A DNA stretch of 64,000 nucleotides from Planctomycetota bacterium (lineage in GTDB: Bacteria > Planctomycetota > UBA8108 > SXIK01): positions 7,680,001 to 7,744,000 of the forward strand of contig OZ244999.1 in assembly GCA_965223265.1 (NCBI GenBank), written 5' to 3'. The position numbers were made by a program, and so were the translations under genes. Below the pieces are notes generated by a model. It was not told the DNA's origin and ran no database searches. It saw nothing but the letters and a program-made list of their open reading frames with translations. Numbering within the stretch: position 1 is the stretch's first letter; the number at the start of each line of letters is the position of its first letter. This document shows positions 59,684 to 64,000 of the stretch, in pieces.

Positions 59684-61507
59684 TCAAGGCGCGGTGCGAG
59701 CCAGCACGCAGCGAAACCCCACGGCATCGTCGCGCAGGTCCCGCGGCGCACCGCGGCGCGCTGTGCTGGTGCAGCCGACCGCGCTATCTTTCCAACTGCC
59801 ACCACGCAGGACGCGCTGGCTGCCGCCACTGGCGTGCCGGGCGGAACCGTCGACCGGCGCGCCGTCGTGGGTGTCATGCCAAACGTCTTCGCACCACTCC
59901 CACAAGTAGCCGTGGACGTCGTAGAGCTGCCAAGGATTCGGGAGCTTGGCACCAACCGGTGGGTCGTTGCCCTTGGCATTGCCGCGGTACCAACCAAAGT
60001 TCGTTAAATCCTCTTCGCCGTCACCGAACGAGTAGGTTGTGGTCGTGCCGGCGCGAGCGCAGTACTCCCACTCGGCCTCGCTCGGGAGCCGCACGACTTC
60101 GTCGGCTGCGATCAATCCGGCGGCACGCAGCAACGCCGTCGCGCGCGCGCAAAAAGTACGCGCCGCATCGAACGACACCATCTCGACTGAGTTGCGAGCA
60201 CCCTGCCAGCGACTCGGGTTGCGGCCCATCACGGCGGTCCAAAGGTTTTGGTGTACTTCGTACGCCGCTACCGAGAACGGCGTTTCAAAACGCACGCGCG
60301 ACGCGGGTCCTTCGCTGGACGGTCCCCCGTCACGGCCACGCATGAACTCCGACGCGAAACCGTCGCTCCCAACCTCGATCGGCACAAACTCGCTGCGAAA
60401 GATCGTTAGTACCCGTTTCTCCTCGTTGGACAGCAGGCGATGCCCCGTCACATTCAGTGGGATGCGGTAAAGGCTCAAATCAACCGTGATGTAGAGAACG
60501 TGACTCTCGTCGCCGCGGCCAAAACAGCAGTTGCTGGGCAGCCCAACGGGTGCTGCAGCACCCGGCTGGGAAGGTCCCGTCGGGATGAAGGCGACCTCAG
60601 TGCCTTTTGAATCGATCACGAGAACGCCCGGTCGCCCTGGATCGCGCAGCGTGATGTAGACATTGCCGAGGCTGTCGATGGTCATTCCATCGCAGCCGGC
60701 ACGCGTACCGAAGTCGACCAGCGTGAAACGTTCGCCCGTCGCCAAGCCGTCGGCGTCGAGGGGAAAGGCATAGATCTTCATGGCGCCGGGTTTCGGCTTC
60801 GGCGCGGTCGGATCTATGCGGTCCGTGCCGTTGTTGTGGTCCGCAACGTACAGCGTCCGCTCGTCGGGGCTCAAAACGATGCCGTTCGGTTTCTCGACGT
60901 TGTGGGTGATCTCCTGAATCTTGCCGTCGGGATTCAGACGATAGACCGCGCGATGCTCCAGCTCGCGAGGCTCGGTGCCGACGTAGCGCGGATCGGTGAA
61001 GTAGATCCGCCCGCCGCTGTCGATGACGAGATCATTCGGAGCGTTCAGTCGTTTGCCATCGAACGAATCGACGAGCACTTCGCTCGTTGCGGTTTCAACG
61101 TTCCACCGCACCACCGCGCGACCACCGTGGTCGGAACCTTGGCAGGCAACGAGATCACCGTCTGCGTCAAACATGAGCCCGTTTGACTTACCACTATCGG
61201 CCGTGAACACGGTCGTCGCGCGCGTACGCGGGTCGAATTGAAGAATCATGCCGCGATCAGCGCCAAACGGAATGTCGGTGAAATAGATCGTACCGTCCGG
61301 AGCCACGGCTGGACCCTCCGTCAGACCGCCGTCGATGGCGACGCTCCGTGTGTAGAGTAGCTCCAGTTTGGCATCAGGCGAGACGATGCTGTCGCCGGAC
61401 GGTCGCAGCTCAACGGCCTCCACCGCGGCGAACGAACCAAGCAACAGAGCGAGGGCGAGAGTGATCACCGGTAAAACAACGGTCACGCGAAAAGGGAAAA
61501 CGTCCAT
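59684..61507 (-). CDS. Secreted SMP-30/gluconolactonase fused to a C-terminal FGE-sulfatase domain
   Basis: TEGPA, FTDIP, SNGL, NAPND, FTDP, PNGI, DGMTID, SNCCFG; then RLPSEAEWEY, PNPWQLYDVHG..WEW, RGGSW, GFR. Confidence 0.88.
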   Translation of the reverse strand: MDVFPFRVTVVLPVITLALALLLGSFAAVEAVELRPSGDSIVSPDAKLELLYTRSVAIDGGLTEGPAVAPDGTIYFTDIPFGADRGMILQFDPRTRATTVFTADSGKSNGLMFDADGDLVACQGSDHGGRAVVRWNVETATSEVLVDSFDGKRLNAPNDLVIDSGGRIYFTDPRYVGTEPRELEHRAVYRLNPDGKIQEITHNVEKPNGIVLSPDERTLYVADHNNGTDRIDPTAPKPKPGAMKIYAFPLDADGLATGERFTLVDFGTRAGCDGMTIDSLGNVYITLRDPGRPGVLVIDSKGTEVAFIPTGPSQPGAAAPVGLPSNCCFGRGDESHVLYITVDLSLYRIPLNVTGHRLLSNEEKRVLTIFRSEFVPIEVGSDGFASEFMRGRDGGPSSEGPASRVRFETPFSVAAYEVHQNLWTAVMGRNPSRWQGARNSVEMVSFDAARTFCARATALLRAAGLIAADEVVRLPSEAEWEYCARAGTTTTYSFGDGEEDLTNFGWYRGNAKGNDPPVGAKLPNPWQLYDVHGYLWEWCEDVWHDTHDGAPVDGSARHASGGSQRVLRGGSWKDSAVGCTSTARRGAPRDLRDDAVGFRCVLARTAP

Positions 61508-61732
61508 GTCGCATCTCTTTTGGCAGATCAAGTCAAACGTCGTGAATCGTGCGAAAGCAACCCCGCCGGTAGGAATCCCTCGAGATCCCGGGCGCCCCCT
61601 GCGGCGTCGGACCGTCTCAATTGCGGCACGACCCTGCACTTCGAAGCTCGGGCGGCGTGTCAACACGGCGGGCACCGGGGGCACGGTATCGGACGAACCC
61701 CTGCGCCGTCCAAACGAAATCGCCGAGAAAGA

Positions 61733-63976
61733 TCACCCTTCCGTGCCGAGTGCCGCGTTGAGCGTCGGAACGCGCTGCCTCACGAAGACGCGAAGAAACG
61801 CGTAGGCGTCGATGATGCGCTGACGCGCGGCGCCGTCGGCCTCTCCCTTGAACGTGTCAAGGAGTGAAAGATCCGCGAGCAACAGTGCCTCGAGGGAGTC
61901 GATCTCTGCGGTCAGGAATTCAACCGAGAGCGGCTCTCCCGGAGCTAGGAGGTCTCTGAAGCGACTACGAAAAGCAGCCGCCAGATCTGGTTGACCATGA
62001 AACGGTTTCAACACCTCCCCGCCAGCCATCATCGTCGGAGGCGCCGACGGTGATCCGAAACACATATCAAGATCCCATGGCACCAGTCGCCAACGCCCTT
62101 CAGGCGTGGTTTCGCGGTAGAGGAAGTGATTGTTACCGACGCCGTCGCCGTTCACCGTGAACGCGCCGCCGATCGAAAAGTGGCTCATGGCGCTGAAGTC
62201 GTACGTCTCGAGGATCATGTCACGGATCTCTGCAGCAGGCTTCTTGATCTCTTGTCGGAAGGCTAAGAACTCGGAGAGCCCGGTTTCCGGGTTCGTCTTC
62301 TTCTCCCAGCTATTCTTGTTGTTCTTGTAGATGTCACCGGAATCGTCGAGATCGTTGAGTCGCATGAAGCGTTCATTGACTTGCTGGATCGTGATGCGCT
62401 GTGTGTGCTTGTGCACAAGCTCCGCCGGCCTCACGACGCGATACCACTCCGAGCGCGGCGCCAGCGCACCGATGAAGCGGTGAATCTCGAAGGCGAAGTG
62501 TTCGGTGTGCGTAGCAAGGGGTCCACCGGTGGCCTCAGGTTTGCCGTCCGGCGGCATGAGATTGAGCGTGCGCTGCTCGGCGAACTCTTCGCCTTTAAGA
62601 AATGTTAGCTTGCTGAATCCGGAGATGGTCGGGCGCGTCGTCGCGCCGTGGAGCACCGGCGCAGGGTCGCCAGGCCGCTGCACGGCGACGACGCTGAATT
62701 CGCGCTCGCCGTCTGCAAGACCCGATGGCGCAGGAGGGTCGAAGACAAACATGAGCGGCAAGAGAGTCTCGATCTCGCGGTCGTACGTGAGGTAGTTGAG
62801 GACCGGCGCCGGTTCCGCCTCGTGCGGCAAATCCAAGACCTCGCCGCCATCGAGCTCGACCTTCAAACGATACCGCGTCAGGGTTTGCGTCGGTGCTGCC
62901 GGCAGCGTCGCGCTCAGCGTCGTACTCGCAGTTTGCGACTCCGTGACAGCCATCTCCACTGAACCGCCCGCCTCGACGGTTCGGGCAACGCGCTCCCACG
63001 TCAGCGTCACGCGCGCGATCGCACTCGCTGGCGCGTCGAGCGTGACGCGGACCTCCGGGCTGTCCGTGGAAAACGGTGTCGCGGGCACCGTCTCCGCCGC
63101 AGCGATCACCGGTCGCACTGGCGTTCCGAGCGTCGAGTTCTCGGCACCGGGCGTGCCGGCTTCGGACAGAGAGGCGCGCCAAGTGTGAAAATCGTCGCTC
63201 GGCGCAGCGACATCGATTCGCTCGAGCGAACGCCCGTAACCGTCGGCACCGACGGCCCAGGGGGCGCGATCGTCGTAACGCACAGAATCCTCATCCGCTA
63301 CGCTGCCTTCGCCGCAGCCGGGTGCCGTGAGCGTCAAGCGTTCCCCGCCGTTGGCAAGCTCACCTTCATAGGGTCCGACGACGGGCGCTGCGGGCTCGCG
63401 CCAAATCGCACGTTCTGGAACCTTGGCGACGATGAGAAAACCGCCGGCAGGCAGCATCGTTCCATCGGGAATCGTAAAACGGACGCCGTTGGTGAACGCG
63501 TAGCCGCTCACATCTATGTCGGCGCTAGAGCGGTTGTGAAGCTCAACGAACTCGTTGCGCTGATCGTTGCGGTTGTTGTTGATGGGATCGTACTGGATCT
63601 CGCTGATGACTACGGCGGGTGGGGCGTCCGGGGCGTCAGCGCAATCGAGCGCATCACACGTCGAGTCTGGCCCGAGTTCTGCGTTCGGCAAGCCCGCCCG
63701 ATCGCTGCCGAAAAGAAGCTGAAGCGTCGCCAAGGCGTCGTCGATGTTCAGGAGACCATCGTCATTTGTGTCCGCGGCGTCGCGGCAACGAAGCTCGACG
63801 CCACCGGAGAAGAGAAAGAGCAGCTGCGTGACGGCGTCCGAAACATTGACCCGGCCATCCCTGGTTGCGTCGCCGCGACGAAAGTCAGCAGCGGCAGGAG
63901 AACTCCCTAACGCGGCAAGCGCCAAGGCAGCAAAAACAATCGCCAAACGGCGGCAGAAGGCATGGTATCGTCTCAT
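61733..63976 (-). CDS. Secreted dockerin-like + lamin-tail-domain + CotH-family kinase protein
   Basis: Signal peptide, FRRGDATRDG dockerin-like, VVISEIQY..EFVELHN lamin tail domain, GTPGAEN, then DGVGNNHFLY and VPWDLD CotH motifs. Confidence 0.85.
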   Translation of the reverse strand: MRRYHAFCRRLAIVFAALALAALGSSPAAADFRRGDATRDGRVNVSDAVTQLLFLFSGGVELRCRDAADTNDDGLLNIDDALATLQLLFGSDRAGLPNAELGPDSTCDALDCADAPDAPPAVVISEIQYDPINNNRNDQRNEFVELHNRSSADIDVSGYAFTNGVRFTIPDGTMLPAGGFLIVAKVPERAIWREPAAPVVGPYEGELANGGERLTLTAPGCGEGSVADEDSVRYDDRAPWAVGADGYGRSLERIDVAAPSDDFHTWRASLSEAGTPGAENSTLGTPVRPVIAAAETVPATPFSTDSPEVRVTLDAPASAIARVTLTWERVARTVEAGGSVEMAVTESQTASTTLSATLPAAPTQTLTRYRLKVELDGGEVLDLPHEAEPAPVLNYLTYDREIETLLPLMFVFDPPAPSGLADGEREFSVVAVQRPGDPAPVLHGATTRPTISGFSKLTFLKGEEFAEQRTLNLMPPDGKPEATGGPLATHTEHFAFEIHRFIGALAPRSEWYRVVRPAELVHKHTQRITIQQVNERFMRLNDLDDSGDIYKNNKNSWEKKTNPETGLSEFLAFRQEIKKPAAEIRDMILETYDFSAMSHFSIGGAFTVNGDGVGNNHFLYRETTPEGRWRLVPWDLDMCFGSPSAPPTMMAGGEVLKPFHGQPDLAAAFRSRFRDLLAPGEPLSVEFLTAEIDSLEALLLADLSLLDTFKGEADGAARQRIIDAYAFLRVFVRQRVPTLNAALGTEG

Positions 63977-64000
63977 GTTGCGCTCACTCAGCAGCGAAGA

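Noticed and set aside
59159-60007. ORFs with SLLL, CFCL and SASV repeats
   Set aside because: Artefacts of the 12-bp array on the + strand; the longest also overlaps a real gene in antisense
46895-61507. Complete diversity-generating retroelement (two FGE/CLec genes plus an Avd-like gene)
   Set aside because: No reverse transcriptase and no adenine-rich template repeat seen; the two FGE C-termini are not near-identical at DNA level

Overview
GC-rich bacterial window that looks like a planctomycete (PVC) chromosome, judged from a PVC-type CxxCH haem protein, four proteins with Cys-containing dockerin-like domains, PQQ-type propellers and GGCACAC(C)GGAGTGTGCC REP-like hairpins. I can support about 28 CDS and found no rRNA, tRNA, CRISPR array, transposase or reverse transcriptase. 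Highlights: (1) a RiPP-type locus with a twin-arginine/lipobox precursor carrying four CxGxNxCxxxGGC repeats, followed by a DUF692 (MNIO) maturase and a DUF2063 partner; (2) a minus-strand cluster of FGE/CLec-fold protein, HEAT-like protein, atypical Hsp70 with a CxxC..CxxC insert and Ycf46-like AAA+ ATPase, with no function known to me; (3) a four-helix-bundle (Avd/IVP-like) gene enclosed by long 6/12-bp tandem arrays and REP hairpins that share sequence with the repeat region 57 kb away beside the PKS; (4) an orphan single-module PKS (KS-AT-KR-DH-carrier-TE); (5) a divergent enolase paralog and several modular dockerin-tagged surface enzymes, one apparently catalytically dead. All family calls are by-eye motif recognition; no database search was run.
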